From Utricularia gibba (taxonomy: Eukaryota > Plantae > Magnoliophyta), in contig NEEC01000012.1 in NCBI GenBank assembly GCA_002189035.1, forward strand, positions 2,232,001 to 2,296,000: 64,000 nucleotides of DNA, in the 5' to 3' direction. The position numbers and the translations under genes are program-made. Shown here one piece after another: positions 51,556 through 63,921 of this stretch (its first letter is position 1; each line of letters begins with the position of its first letter). The notes beneath the pieces are model-generated. The model saw nothing but the letters and a program-made list of their open reading frames with translations. It was not told the DNA's origin and searched no databases.

Positions 51556-53744
51556 GTGTCTGAGTTCCGGGCCGGGCGGGGATAGATAATGTTTACAGTT
51601 ACGAGACAAAGTTGAAATTCGTGGATCCTTTCTTCTTTCTCTCCATTCAAAGAACGCAGCACTGTGTTTCGGCTCCTGGTTCTTTTCCCCTTTAATGTTC
51701 AGACAGGAGGAGTTTATCCCCCTCTGAACTACATGCATGCCCTTGCACAAAACTCCATTCCCAAAACCCAACATCAAATTTCATGTTGATATTAAAGATA
51801 TGATGAAATCAAATGAACAAACATGAAATCCAATAATACAATAAATATTAATTACATTAAAAAAGATTAGATTCAATCGATTATTAATAATTTATAATTT
51901 TTTATATAATTAATTATTTCATTTTCAAATAATAATATGAGATTATTTATTCTAATACCTAATCATATGACTCCTCTACCAAAGCACATTGTCATATCGT
52001 GGTTTGTGTCCACATGGATGCTTTGGGTTTTTAATACGATGGACCAATGATATAAAAATCGTACACGAGTTGTTTATGTTTGCTGTTACTCCTTTATTAT
52101 TGTAAACTTCAATCATTTGCATGTCTGATCCTAACGTATGATGTTAGAATACGTATCTATCCCACATCGGAGTTATATGTTGATAGTCTAGCTCAAGTTT
52201 TCAACACATATATCTTAATAAGATATTTAATAGTATAATATAAAAGTTTTATATTCAAATTTATACATAAATTGTTATTTGATTAATTAATATATATATA
52301 TATATATATCAACTTTATATGATTATATCATTCACATACTCATTTTTTGAGTAGGTAAATAATATATATAATAGTTAATTATATTTATATTATTCACAAT
52401 AATTTTTATTTTCAAATATCAAATATTCTATATATATATTTATTTAATTATATTATAGTAAAATATACTAATATCTTAGTGTCAAACCACCTTTAAAAAT
52501 TATCACTATTTGGTATGCATGTTTGTGATTAATAAAATATTTGTATGTAGTCATTAAATATATTTTTGAAAACTTTTGTTTCTGGCAAAATAGGTTGGGA
52601 TGGTTGCAGGAGGATGACCATGTGATTGTATGTGGTGGGCATTTTGTCAACGTAGGTGAACCCGAGTCTCCGAAAATAACTGACTGCGGATGTGGGGATA
52701 CTTCTTGTGTCATATCGAAGAGCGGGTGGGGTTGGGTCCAATGCAACGCGCAGCAGTGGAGTGGGGTTGGAGTCAGTCAGCGAGGGGCAGAAAAGTAATA
52801 ATGGGGGACAGCTATTGCTCCAGTCCAGTCCAGCCCAGCCCAGGCTTTTAATATTGGGGGAGTGGAGATTATGTCCTGCGCCTGTACTCTTGTATCCTCT
52901 TGTGCTTCACGTGGCTAGTATTTGTCCTCTTTGGAACATCTTACTTTCATACAACTCATGGTTAAACTATGGTTCTATGTAAAATTGTACTGTTCGAAAT
53001 CAAAATCATAAACTTTGAATTGAATCGAAACTAGAATCATAAATCTGGAATTGAATTGTACGGTTTCAATTTAAAACATGGTTTTACATAAAATTAATTT
53101 AAAAATAAAAATTATATTTTCAAGTATTTAAAATTGTTGAAATTCAGAATTTGATGTGTCAATCAAACATATATGTGAAATTCAAGTATATATAAAAATG
53201 TAAATCACATTAGAAAAGATTAGGTTAAAACAATTGTTAATAATATATAATTTTTTATATACTTAATTATTTTAATTTCATTTTTCGATATGATATTATA
53301 TATTCTAATAAAAATGTCTATCGTGATTGTCTAAAACCATATGGATTTCAAAACATTGGTTCTATCGGTTTCAAATGGGTTAAAACCATGGTTTCTTAGT
53401 TTCAAAACTAACGAATTGATTTCTAGAACTGGATGAAAATTCAGAATCTTGAACCTAAAGCATGATTTCGATTGAAACGGATTACCACTGTACAGGTGGC
53501 TTGGAAACTCATCCATTTCTCGTCTTACTTCCAAGGGCCCCACCACCTCCTGCTAAGTCCTAACTAAAACCGCAATCGCCAACCGACAAGTGTCTTGAGA
53601 AACACAACCAGACACGCTTACTCCAACTGTTAAAACACAGTAGCGGTTTGCTGGTGGCGAACGTTTAAATCAAACAAAAGCAAGAAAAAAAATAATATCA
53701 TAAATGTAAAGAAAGTTGTCTTTCACGTTTTTAACTAAGCCATT

Positions 53745-54117
53745 TGGGCCGGTCCGGGCCGCGGGCAGGTTTATAGTAGTTGGGTCGGACATGGGCCGGC
53801 CCACTTAAGTTTAACCTTGCGCTGGGCTGGGCGACAGGCTAGCAAAGCAGGGACTAACGGCCCGGTCAACGTAAGGTTGGGTCGGGTCGTTTTTCTTGGC
53901 CTGGTCCACATCATCTGGGCTCGGCTGCGGGTCACTCTTTCCAATTATGGTCTTGGGCTGAGCCTTTGATGCTCTTAAGATGTTGGGCTTGCTCTAGGCC
54001 GACTGATATGGGCTAGTGCTACGGGCTGAGACACAAAGGGTCAACAGAAGTTGGGCCACCCCAATGGGCTGTATCGCTAACGTTGGGCTGGGACTCCACG
54101 GATGTTAGGCATGGGCT
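53745..54117 (+). promoter_or_regulatory. Dense site II (TGGGCY) cluster upstream of the PMEI-like gene
   Basis: 11 TGGGCY on the + strand within about 370 bp (53745, 53792, 53823, 53916, 53954, 53984, 54009, 54052, 54065, 54084, 54112). Confidence 0.45.
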
Positions 54118-54324
54118 AATCATTTGCCTCCACGTGCCGTTTCGCACGGTGGGTAAGGTGATTAGAGATGGACTCCGAGTATCTAATTTCTGGACCCCGT
54201 CGGGAATCGGGTGCCGCATACTGCCACAGACAAAGACCAAGACCAAGACCAGCTAGGCGTACATTTGAAGTGCAGATGCCGAGTTGGCTCCACAGCCAGC
54301 ACCCAATTACCAACGGCCACCACC

Positions 54325-55083
54325 ATGTTTTCTTCCGCCTTCCTGGCCGCCGTACCGGACGACCGCATCTCTTATCTCCGGCGGCGTAATAAAGTACTCA
54401 TCCTGCTGTTCTTCTCCTTAATCATCGTGTTAGCGCTAATTATAGGCGGAATCGTGCTACATCTCGTTCACGAACACAATTCTAGGTCCCAATCGTTCCT
54501 CCCAAACCTCGCGATTCGCGGATTCTGCTTTGCTTCAACCTTCTTCCCCTGCTTTTCCTTCATTCAATCGGCCGTTATTCCTCCTCCGGACGCGAATCCC
54601 GCTCGAATCTTCGTGGTTACTCTACACAAGTGCGTGGAGCTCCTCTCCGCCGCGATTGCCTCGGCGTCCGACCGAGCGCTGCCGACGTCGGCGGTTAGAA
54701 GTTGCTCGAGTTCGCTCGGGCACGCCTTGGGACAACTGAACAACATTATTGGAACGATGCGATTTCATTCGGAGCAGATCTACCCCTGGAAGGAGCAATT
54801 CGTGGATCGGATCGATGTCGCGGTGGTGGATCTGGAGAAGTGCGGCGGCGTCGGTGCTCCGGATGAGGCGATGGCGAAGGTGCACCAAGTGGGGTCACTG
54901 CTGCGATACAGCAGAACATTTCTCCAACACTTTGAAAGTGCCAACGAAAGCTTCTTATGGGATCTGCGTTCGCAAGACGAGAGATGGATGAATCGGACGA
55001 TCGAGAGTGGGCTGGAGGTATCCCTTTTTGGATCCCAGTATTTGGTGTTGGTATTTTTATTTCTAATATTTCTCAGAATTTAA
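54325..55083 (+). CDS. PMEI/invertase-inhibitor-like domain protein with N- and C-terminal hydrophobic segments, single exon
   Basis: Basic patch RRRNK then TM (VLILLFFSLIIVLALIIGGIVL). PMEI-like Cys spacing (AIRGFC...C; AVRSC...L..A..QL; DLEKC). C-terminal YLVLVFLFLIFLRI*. Confidence 0.7.
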   Translation: MFSSAFLAAVPDDRISYLRRRNKVLILLFFSLIIVLALIIGGIVLHLVHEHNSRSQSFLPNLAIRGFCFASTFFPCFSFIQSAVIPPPDANPARIFVVTLHKCVELLSAAIASASDRALPTSAVRSCSSSLGHALGQLNNIIGTMRFHSEQIYPWKEQFVDRIDVAVVDLEKCGGVGAPDEAMAKVHQVGSLLRYSRTFLQHFESANESFLWDLRSQDERWMNRTIESGLEVSLFGSQYLVLVFLFLIFLRI

Positions 55084-55995
55084 AGACTACACTATTTTTT
55101 AATGTGTTTTTCTTTTTTTTTGTCATAGTAATGTTGATTACCTTAAAGCACAAATCCTTTGTGGATCTACATAATCTTTTGTTTGGTAGGATAGTATTAA
55201 TAATATATTTAAATAACACATGCATTATATAGTTAAGAGTAAATTCTCTTTGATACATGAATTTTCACTATATGTGTTTAAAAAAAATATTTTATAAATT
55301 AGGTTGTTTGGCAAAATTCACATATAAGTTGGATTTTGAAATAGCTAGCTCTGATATTTAAATACTCCTATATTATTAAAGCAATTTCTCAAACATATAT
55401 TACTATCGATACATAGATATTTAAACAGTTAAAATAATCTATCAATTTTTTGTGTTGTGTTTTTTTTTCCACCTTCTATTATGTGTACCCTCTTTAACCA
55501 TATACTTAACACAATTTCATTCAAGAAAAGATTATATAAAACATAATAATATAAGTAAAATCTAAACTTATATTATAAACTTGTAATTAAAAAAAATTAA
55601 TTATATTTAAATATAAAAAAAGATATAAAAAGTGATGATAAAATCACAAGTAACACAAATGTTCATCAAGTGTTTTAAAAATGGATTGAATTGTATTTCA
55701 ATAATTTTTAGTTATATTTTAACATATTCAAAAAGAATAAAAATTATTGTTTAAATAGATTGAATCTGATATTCAATTTATTTACGAATTGTATTAAATC
55801 GAATAAAACACACAATCTTAAAACATTGTATACAGATGTGTATATATAGTTTGGAATAAACATGAGGCTATGATCCATGAAGCGGATAAGGGGCGGGCGC
55901 TTATTGGCCAACCATCGATTGCCCCTCCCTTCACAGCGACCTTATTACTCCGCCACAGTAACCAGAAATTCGATTTCGAGCCTCCAACTTCTCTG

Positions 55996-57214
55996 ATGGC
56001 CACCGCGGCAGCAACTGCCAGCAGCTGCCTGAAGACTCCCGCCCAACGCCAATTCTCCTCCGGCCACCGCTTCCGCCGGTCAACTCCGGACAATTTCGCC
56101 CCTCGAGTCTTCGCTATGGCGCCGAAGGAAAAGGTGCCCTTCTTCTACTAAATACGCGTATCTGGAAATGCCTTGGAATTGGCATGTATTGCTATGTCTC
56201 CAGTTACTGCTAATTATCGATTGAGATCCTAAAATCACTATAATTTATTATTCGAATTTGGTTTGGTTTTATCCTTTTACAAGATAGCTTTGGTATCCTA
56301 CAAGTATGAAAGCTACAATATCAAATATGTATGCCATTGATTCTTCCACCATTGGTGTAGCTTGTGGAGTTAGCTATCAGATGAGGATAGTTGCATGATT
56401 TCTCCAGTTCATGTGCCCGACCGACCCCTTTCTGACAAGCATTTGTTTCACAGCATGCTCGATTTGTTCCAAGTTTCATAAATTCTAATGCCTTGTGTTA
56501 CAATGAGCTTGAAGATCTCATCTTTTTAAGATGTGCGCGTCCAATTTGAGGGGAGTGTCATCTTGTAATAGAACTTCTATGTAACATGAACAAATTCTAC
56601 ATAATATCAGGCAAAAGAATGGACTCTGTTATCCATGTTGACCTGTGATAGACATCCTATTTTCTTCTAATGAGGCTTTAGTTTCCCGATGTCTGAGTAA
56701 TGCTTTAACTTTGGGATTGAAGGTTTCAACATATTTGCTCTATGACATTTGGGTGGTCTTCTCAAAATAGGTGAATAAGTATGACGCGAAGTGGAAAAAG
56801 GAGTGGTATGGTGCCGGACTATTCTATGAGGGAAGCCAGGAGCTGGACGTCGATGTCTTCAAGACGATCGAGAAGCGCAAGCTCTTGAGCTCCGTCGAGA
56901 AATCTGGCCTGCTTTCCAAGGCCGAGGAGCTTGGGTTCACCTTGTCATCCATTGAGAAACTGGGTCTTTTGTCCAAGGCAGAGGAGCTTGGCCTGCTCAG
57001 CCTCCTGGAAAAAACTGCGGGCTCATCACCATCGGCCTTGGCCGCCGCCTCATTGCCGCTTCTGCTTGCTGCCGTTGTTGCGGTGGTGGTGATACCGGAT
57101 GACTCGCCGTCGCTTTTGGCCGCACAGGCCGTGATCGGAGGCTTGTTTGCCGTCGGAGGCCTGGGGTTGTTCGTGGGCTCCATTGTTTTGGGCGGGCTAC
57201 AAGAGGCTGACTAG
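55996..57214 (+). CDS. Chloroplast thylakoid DUF1118 protein (RIQ2/At1g74730-like), 2 exons
   Basis: Exons 55996-56133 and 56771-57214. Transit-peptide-like N-terminus, then AMAPKEK-VNKYDAKWKKEWYGAGLFYEGS, VEKSGLLSKAEELG repeats, VVIPDDS, LQEAD*. Confidence 0.9.
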
Positions 57215-58190
57215 CTGGAGATACATGCCTTCTTATAAATAGAGTGGTCTGTTCTATAATTATGGATTTTTTTATAATATATTATTTGTTCAACAATTAT
57301 AAATAGAGTGTGTATTCCCCAATACTCAATTTTCAAATTTTAGATGCACATAGAGTTTTTTTAAAAAAATTGAAATTAAATATCGAATTTTTTTATTTGG
57401 AACACTTATTTAAAAAAAATAAAAAATATCGACTTCTAATTTTTTGAAATCACTTCTCAAAAAGTAATTATTGATACATTATACTAAACAAGGTATAAAA
57501 TATCAAAAATTTCAATTACGTAATCACGTAATCAAATCAAATGCACACTACTAAAATAGAGAATGAACTCAATAAATTAACATCTATTATTTCTAAAAAA
57601 ATAAATTTATAAATGATTATCATCTTTAAAAAAATTACAAAAACTAAAATTTCTACTTTATTATAAATAATTCTAAAAAATTACTTTTTGAAGCGGTATG
57701 CTTCTCCCCATTTAAAGACGGCGTTTCGCAATTGGCATAATTCTATCATCCCACGATCATTTAAAAGCGAATGAATTATTGTTTAATAAAACAAATATTT
57801 ATTAGGGACAAATTGTACTATTTTATTTTATTTGATTATTTTACACCACACGATGAGTGTGTGAATCGAATGGCGCTCGTTCATCGTCTCCCACAAAATA
57901 ATAATTTTGAGTTCCCATGGCACTCCATTCACGACCGTGGTTCATTCTCCACCGCATGACTATTTACTATTTAGGGGCGTCTCTCTTTTTTCTTTTTTTT
58001 TTCTTTTTTTTTTGAGAATTCATAATTTTCAATTAAAAAGATATTGGAGAGAGAATGTAACCTTATGTTTATGATCTTAAAGTTCAATTTGTAATAGCTT
58101 GATTTCTTAAAAAAAAATCAACTTTTTTTGTTTAAAAAATAATAATAATAATTTTTATTTTTAAGCAGTTTAATCAAATAAAACCTCAAA

Positions 58191-58321
58191 TAGTGGTATG
58201 ACCAGTTCCAAACTGTTCGGTTTTAGTTCTGAACCAAACGGTTTTCTAGAATCATTGGTTTGTAAACCACAGTTCGTTGTAAACTATGGTTCCGATTTCG
58301 ATTCGAATCGATTATACTTCT
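58191..58321. repeat. Short degenerate element rich in CGGTT/GAACC-type motifs (hAT-MITE-like remnant); similar patches at about 52968-53090 and 53330-53480
   Basis: Starts TAGTGG, with repeated GGTT/AACC motifs. No clear TSD found. Confidence 0.3.
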
Positions 58322-60480
58322 ACCCTCAAATATAAATCCAAGTGAAGCTTGAAACCCTATCTGATATACGTGTTTATAATTCTAAATACATATGTGTTGA
58401 GAATAGTATTGTTTAATACACATGTACTTCAATATACATATGTTTGTAAAATATATGTATGACTATGTTTTTCGAAACTATTCTACCGGATTTCATTCTT
58501 TTCTATGTCCTTTTAAACGTCATATAATATTATTTTAAATACATATTTACTAAATCTATATGCAAAACACAATCTCAACTTTAGCAAACAAAATCCAACC
58601 CGTATTTCTCATACATCACCTAACATGGTGATGTGGGACGACCAACTAATCTGGTGCATGATGCTTTAAACTCATAAAACGACAAATGTGATGCATGGTG
58701 ATTTGGAATGAAAGGCTTAAATAAGCGCATCATCTTGGTCTGCGTGTACTGGTGCAGGATCGATTACAAATGCATCTGCTATCCCAAGTTAGGGTTTGTT
58801 CATGTTCCACGTAAACCCTAAACCCTAGACTGGCCCTAAAACGCCTCGTCATGCAGAAATTATAGATACCCATTGGTGTGTTCATTGCATTGGATATTTT
58901 TTGGTCCGTTTTCAAAGCAAGAGCAAAACTGATTATCATATGATCATCTAAAGCACATTCTATCCCGTATTGGATCGCTAGAGTTTCCTCGTTTGTGTAA
59001 TGATGAATAGGGTTTTTGGGATGTTTGTGAGCTTGGTGAAAAGATCTGATAGAGTGTTTTATGAGCATCAGATAGATGTGGTTCCACCACTGATTTTTGG
59101 TATGTGTCCTGTTAAATAATATTATCTTGTTGTCATATTTAATCAAAATATCGCTTGATTGTGTTTTTTTTAATTGTAAAATGTTGTAGGTTGGTCCATT
59201 GTTAGGCACATAGACCATTTTTGGTCCATTCCGATGTGCAAAGTTGACATTTACAATTTTGGATTTTGATTAGGGCAAATTGATCAGGGAGCTAGAGATC
59301 TGTCCATTCTGATTTTATAGCCAATGTGCAGATTTAAGATTCAACAGTCAAATGCTAAGAAAAGATAAATTTGATGATGAAGGCCATTCGCTCACAGGGT
59401 GGCACCAGCTAAAACAGCTCACCATGTGAGGGTCATCAAAACCAAATCGCGACCGACGCTATTCTTATATGATATTTTCTTTAGACCTTGAACTTTCAAA
59501 GTTTACGTTCTAACATTTTGAGAAAAAAAAAATCTCTGGAAGATTAAGAGGATCATTCTATTTAAATATATTCATTACGCCATCAATAATCAATATAGGA
59601 TACTAACACTGGAACTCGAGGGTTATAAGTGAATTGGTTTATCCCTTTCCTATTTCCAGCTTTACACCTTTGCAGGAACAATGGAAGTTGGATACAACAA
59701 GATTGGCCCGTTGTATGATCATGGTGGAACGAGCACTCTCAGTGATGACATGAGTGAGTAAAGGGAAGAGTGTAAGGCATCTCCTAAGAGGCAGAGATAC
59801 GCATTCCATATTGATTATGGATGAGAAATTAAATATACGAGAAATCATCAAAAGTTTGTATGATGTATTTTTCGAGTAAATAAAAAACATAAAATCGTGA
59901 TGATATTGTAAAAGTCAGCAACATAAAACTTATGTTGTTGTTTCAGTCATCTCTCTAACAACACTTCATTCCATGCGGAGCGTAACATCTGAACACCACG
60001 AATCTGCTGAATTCTCTTGTTTACATATGATACACTATTGTAAGATTAGAAGACTAGAAACAATATTCGACATTAATTATGGAGATAGAGAATGCGTTTA
60101 AATAGAATGAAATTTCTAATTTCATAAAAGTTTTTTTTTTATTTTAGAAAAAGATAACATAAAATCGTGAAAAATGAATATCATCAATTATGCCATAATA
60201 AAAATAGAAGTAGTACTTTACATTAGGTACTAATGAGGTATGGGATATAATTAAATAGAAAAATCTCTATCAAAACATAGAGAACTTGAAATTGTGAAAA
60301 TTGAGTGTAAAGAACAAATAAGAATAATATGGAGTTTCAACCCGTCGTGGGTTTTATTCAGCTTTACAAAAGCACAGTCGTGTGTTGCGCCGGCGGGCAA
60401 GGGCGGCGTAGGCCACAGGGGTTATCTCCGATCATGCGCCGTTACCTCCACGTTTAGGTGAAAGAAGGCTGTACCCCACA

Positions 60481-60500
60481 AGAGAGAGAGAGAGAGAGAG
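60481..60500. repeat. (AG)10 microsatellite
   Basis: Read directly. Confidence 0.9.
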
Positions 60501-61108
60501 TGGACTTGAGATTTGACCTTAGTTAAATGGAAACCAATCGATGTTTATTTTTGGGCGGGGGAATGTAGGTATTTTTCGCCATAAATAAAAATTGGTTTTC
60601 AAAGTAATTATCTGATTAAAAAACCTTACTCTAAACCCAATAATTTCCTTTTAATTAATAATTTTCAGAATACGCTTACACTCTTATTTTTCAAAATAAA
60701 AAAACTATTATTTAATTGAATTAAAATGAGTGACTTCCAATAATTCTTTTCGGTTTTTTGTTTTCTTAAAATTCGTTTAAATAATACATTAAATATAGAT
60801 TAACTAATTAATTTAATGTGCATTTAATGAAAACAGAGTTTAGCAGGTTAATTGATTTAAATATTGTAAATTTAAAAAATGATGTAAATGCACCAGTATT
60901 AACTGTCCGGATAAACGGAGTGGATTTCCTCATATGGGTACTGCGATTTGACTTCTATAAATGGAAGTAGATCTGGGGCCTTATCCACTTTCAAGTTTCT
61001 GATTCCGTCTTCAGAGAAGCCATCTCCAGTTTTCTTCTTCCTCCATCAAAAACTCAAGCTGGGTGTCGTAAGCTCGCTGGTTTGTTTTGAATCGGGTTCA
61101 GAAACGTG

Positions 61109-61193
61109 ATGGGCGTGAGGCGGAGCCGGTGTTCGCATACGTTTGATATCAACGAGATCATCGTTACCAGTTTTTTTTCGCCATAAATATTGA
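61109..61193 (+). other. Upstream ORF resembling CPuORF33 in the HD-Zip I leader
   Basis: ATG at 61109 gives MGVRRSRCSHTFDINEIIVTSFF. Removing one T from the T8 run (61171-78) continues RHKY*, producing the TSFFRHK signature. Confidence 0.6.
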
Positions 61194-61332
61194 GCTTTTC
61201 TTTCTTCTCCCTGAAAGCGGAGACAGATCCTCTGTCGGAATCAGCACAAAAAAATTGAAGCAGTAGCAGTATTAGATCAAGTAAATGGAGGTTTTCCTAA
61301 TGAAAGCACGTTTTTGAATTCTTGATTTAGTC

Positions 61333-62293
61333 ATGGCGAGTCAGATTGGGGCGGTTAATCGGTCAAAGAATGGCATGGTTTCTTCCCCAAATCAGCCGTC
61401 GGGTTCTGTTTTAGATTCTGCTCTGCATTTCCTTTTTGTTGCTATTATTGACTTTTGGTGTTCAGTTCGTTGTTTCTTTCTTCTATTGATGCTTTCGAGT
61501 TCAGATTCTCTTGATTGAGGTTTCGTTTTTCTTTTTGGGTCGAGATTATTGATCTCTATGATCCTGATGGCATTTGATTCCTGGGATTTCAGGATCAAGA
61601 GCAATACTCAACTTTGGTGGAAGCAGAGCAGGGAAGCCGTTCATTTACCCTCTCGATGATGATGAAAGTGGAGCTACGCTCATGGATGAGTTCCTGAATC
61701 AGCCGGAGAAAAAGAGGCGTCTTTCCCTGGATCAAGTCCAGTTTTTGGAGAAATGTTTCATCGCAGACAACAAACTGGAGCCAGACCGTAAGATCCAGAT
61801 TGCTAAGGAGCTCGGTTTGCAGCCTCGGCAAATCACCATATGGTTCCAGAACCGCCGCGCTCGCTCGAAGACGAGGCAGCTGGAAACCGACTACGAAGCA
61901 CTGCACAGAAGCTACGAGAGATTGAAGTCAGAGTACGATAATCTGTTCAATGATCATGAGAAGCTCAAGGCTGAAGTTCTTTATCTCAAAACCGTTGGTG
62001 AACCAGACCTGCAAGCTCAAGGATACGAAGAAACTTCCAGAAGGGTGGTGGCTGATGATCTTGGTGAGGATCATGGCTCCATAGTGTCATCTATTGAAGA
62101 AAGCCTCCTGTTTGGTGGCCTGTCGTACACCCTCGAACCCGATCATCAGAATCCGACACCAAATCTGAACGACGAGCATGTTTTGCGGCCGGACTACGTC
62201 TTCTCCAAGTTTGAAGTTGCTCATTATCTCCCAAATGGCTTTTACTTTGAATTCCCAGTTGAAGATCCTGCCCTCAGTTCCTGGTCTGACTGA
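61333..62293 (+). CDS. HD-Zip class I transcription factor (HAT5/ATHB1-like), 2 exons
   Basis: Exons 61333-61402 and 61593-62293. Homeodomain EKKRRLSLDQVQFLEKCF..DNKLEPDRK...LGLQPRQITIWFQNRRAR, leucine zipper QLETDYEALHRSYERLKSEYDNL, and a C-terminal FPVED..W tail. Confidence 0.92.
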
Positions 62294-63234
62294 TACCATG
62301 TATGCTTCTATTTGTATTCTCTGCTACGAACACTCGGAATAAACATCGGACCATGATAAATCTGATGTTAGGGTTCTCCTGTGGTAAGAACTTAGGAAGA
62401 AGAAGGCTGTTGCATGGTGCATATTACTTACTATTCAGTAGCTCTCTGTGTTTTCTGGTGTTCAGTGGCGTTGAACAAGTCATTCGTTTGACGTTTTAGT
62501 TTATTTAAACAAAAGAAGTACAAACTACCCCTGTAGGCAAACCTGTTCCTATCATACGCTTTTCGGACAAGAACACGTCCGTATACACGCATGCACCGGC
62601 ACGAATTTAGGATATGTTGCTATTCCCCACGCGCACAGAAAGTTGATTTGGCGATGATTGTTTCTGAGGAATCTCATTGTCCGCCATGGGCTGACTGCGT
62701 GGGTCACAATGTATCCATCTATTTTCAATTTTCATAGTATTGTTCTTTTTGAATATTCAATTCTTATGATTTTCATCATAATTCTATTTAAATCATATTT
62801 CTACCTTGTTCATAATCAATGTAAGATTCATCTAAAATCCATGTCCACCCATTGGAAACTCATCATACTCCCTCAAATTTGTCCCATTAAGATTACAGAC
62901 CGGAGTTTGGCTCTGATAAGTGTGCACCTGAAGATGGGATATTGCATGGATGACCATGATCAAAATGGATAATATGAATGATCAGAGCGACGTTTATGTC
63001 GGACTGGGGATGTTTCAAATCAGTAATGTCTGAACACTTTTAACATATGAGAAAAAAAAAATGGGGCATTTCACTTAGAGAAGCAGCATCAAGCACACAG
63101 TTTCTACTGCACGTCATCTATCTGTATAGCAGGATTTGCAGCAATGCAAAGGGAAGTAACCAGAAGTATTCAGCCGTTTAGATGAGATGAAGCTGATAAA
63201 AACTGGGAGCGCAGTGGAGGGCGCTGTAGAAGCT

Positions 63235-63921
63235 TCATACTATGACAGTTTCTCCGGTAATCCCATCTTGTAGCTGCAGAGATCCATCCTTCATCAGGTT
63301 CAGACTCAAGCTCTTGAACCTCTCCCTAGAATACTGTCTAGATGCCTTTCTCCAGTCTGTCCCTGTTTTCATCATTGCTACGAATTCATCGTAGCTTATT
63401 TGCCCGTCCTGAAAAGAGAAGGTTATAAACATGCATCACCAACCTTACTAAGAGTCTATTTGGTGTAGCTCAAGTTTCAATAAAAGTATTTTTAGAAGTG
63501 ATTGTTGAACAAAATACATGCTGCTTTTGCTTCACATAGAGCTGAAACAGTGAAGCACTACAATTTTTCAAGAAACTGGGGTACCCATGCTTCAAAAAAA
63601 ACTGAAATGCTTCTAAAATCATTTTTTTGGAGCTGCATCAAACAGACTTCAAGTATTTAATGGAGAAGTTTCGAAGAAGTTGAGATAAACCTTATCTGAG
63701 TCGACCTCCTGCATGATTCTTCTCAGCACCTCCGCATCAGTTTCACCTGATTCATCGGCCAGAACTTCTCGCAATTCTTCAATTTCGATATAGCCACTGC
63801 CATTTTTGTCGAAGAACATGAACGCTCTGCGAAAATGCTCATCATTTTCCATCCTTTGTAAGTGGATGGTAACTGCCACGAATTCTCCATAGTCCAAGAA
63901 TCCATTTCCATTTACATCAGC
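63235..63921 (-). CDS. Calcium-dependent protein kinase (CPK10/30-like group), last two exons only; gene runs off the window end
   Basis: Exons 63921-63691 and 63408-63235 encode EF-hands [26 protein letters not shown] and [13 protein letters not shown], and the tail [26 protein letters not shown]. Confidence 0.95.
63452..63649. mobile_element. Tourist-like MITE (198 bp) inside the last CDPK intron
   Basis: 20-bp TIR GAGTCTATTTGGTGTAGCTC versus the reverse complement of GAGCTGCATCAAACAGACTT (16/20 match). Flanks are TAA and CAA. Confidence 0.7.

Noticed and set aside
58730-59218. 162-aa minus-strand ORF with nearby AAACCCTAAACCCTA
   Set aside because: I see no recognisable domain. Composition fits AT-rich repeat-derived DNA, and no TIR/TSD pair could be defined, so I do not call it as a gene or TE.
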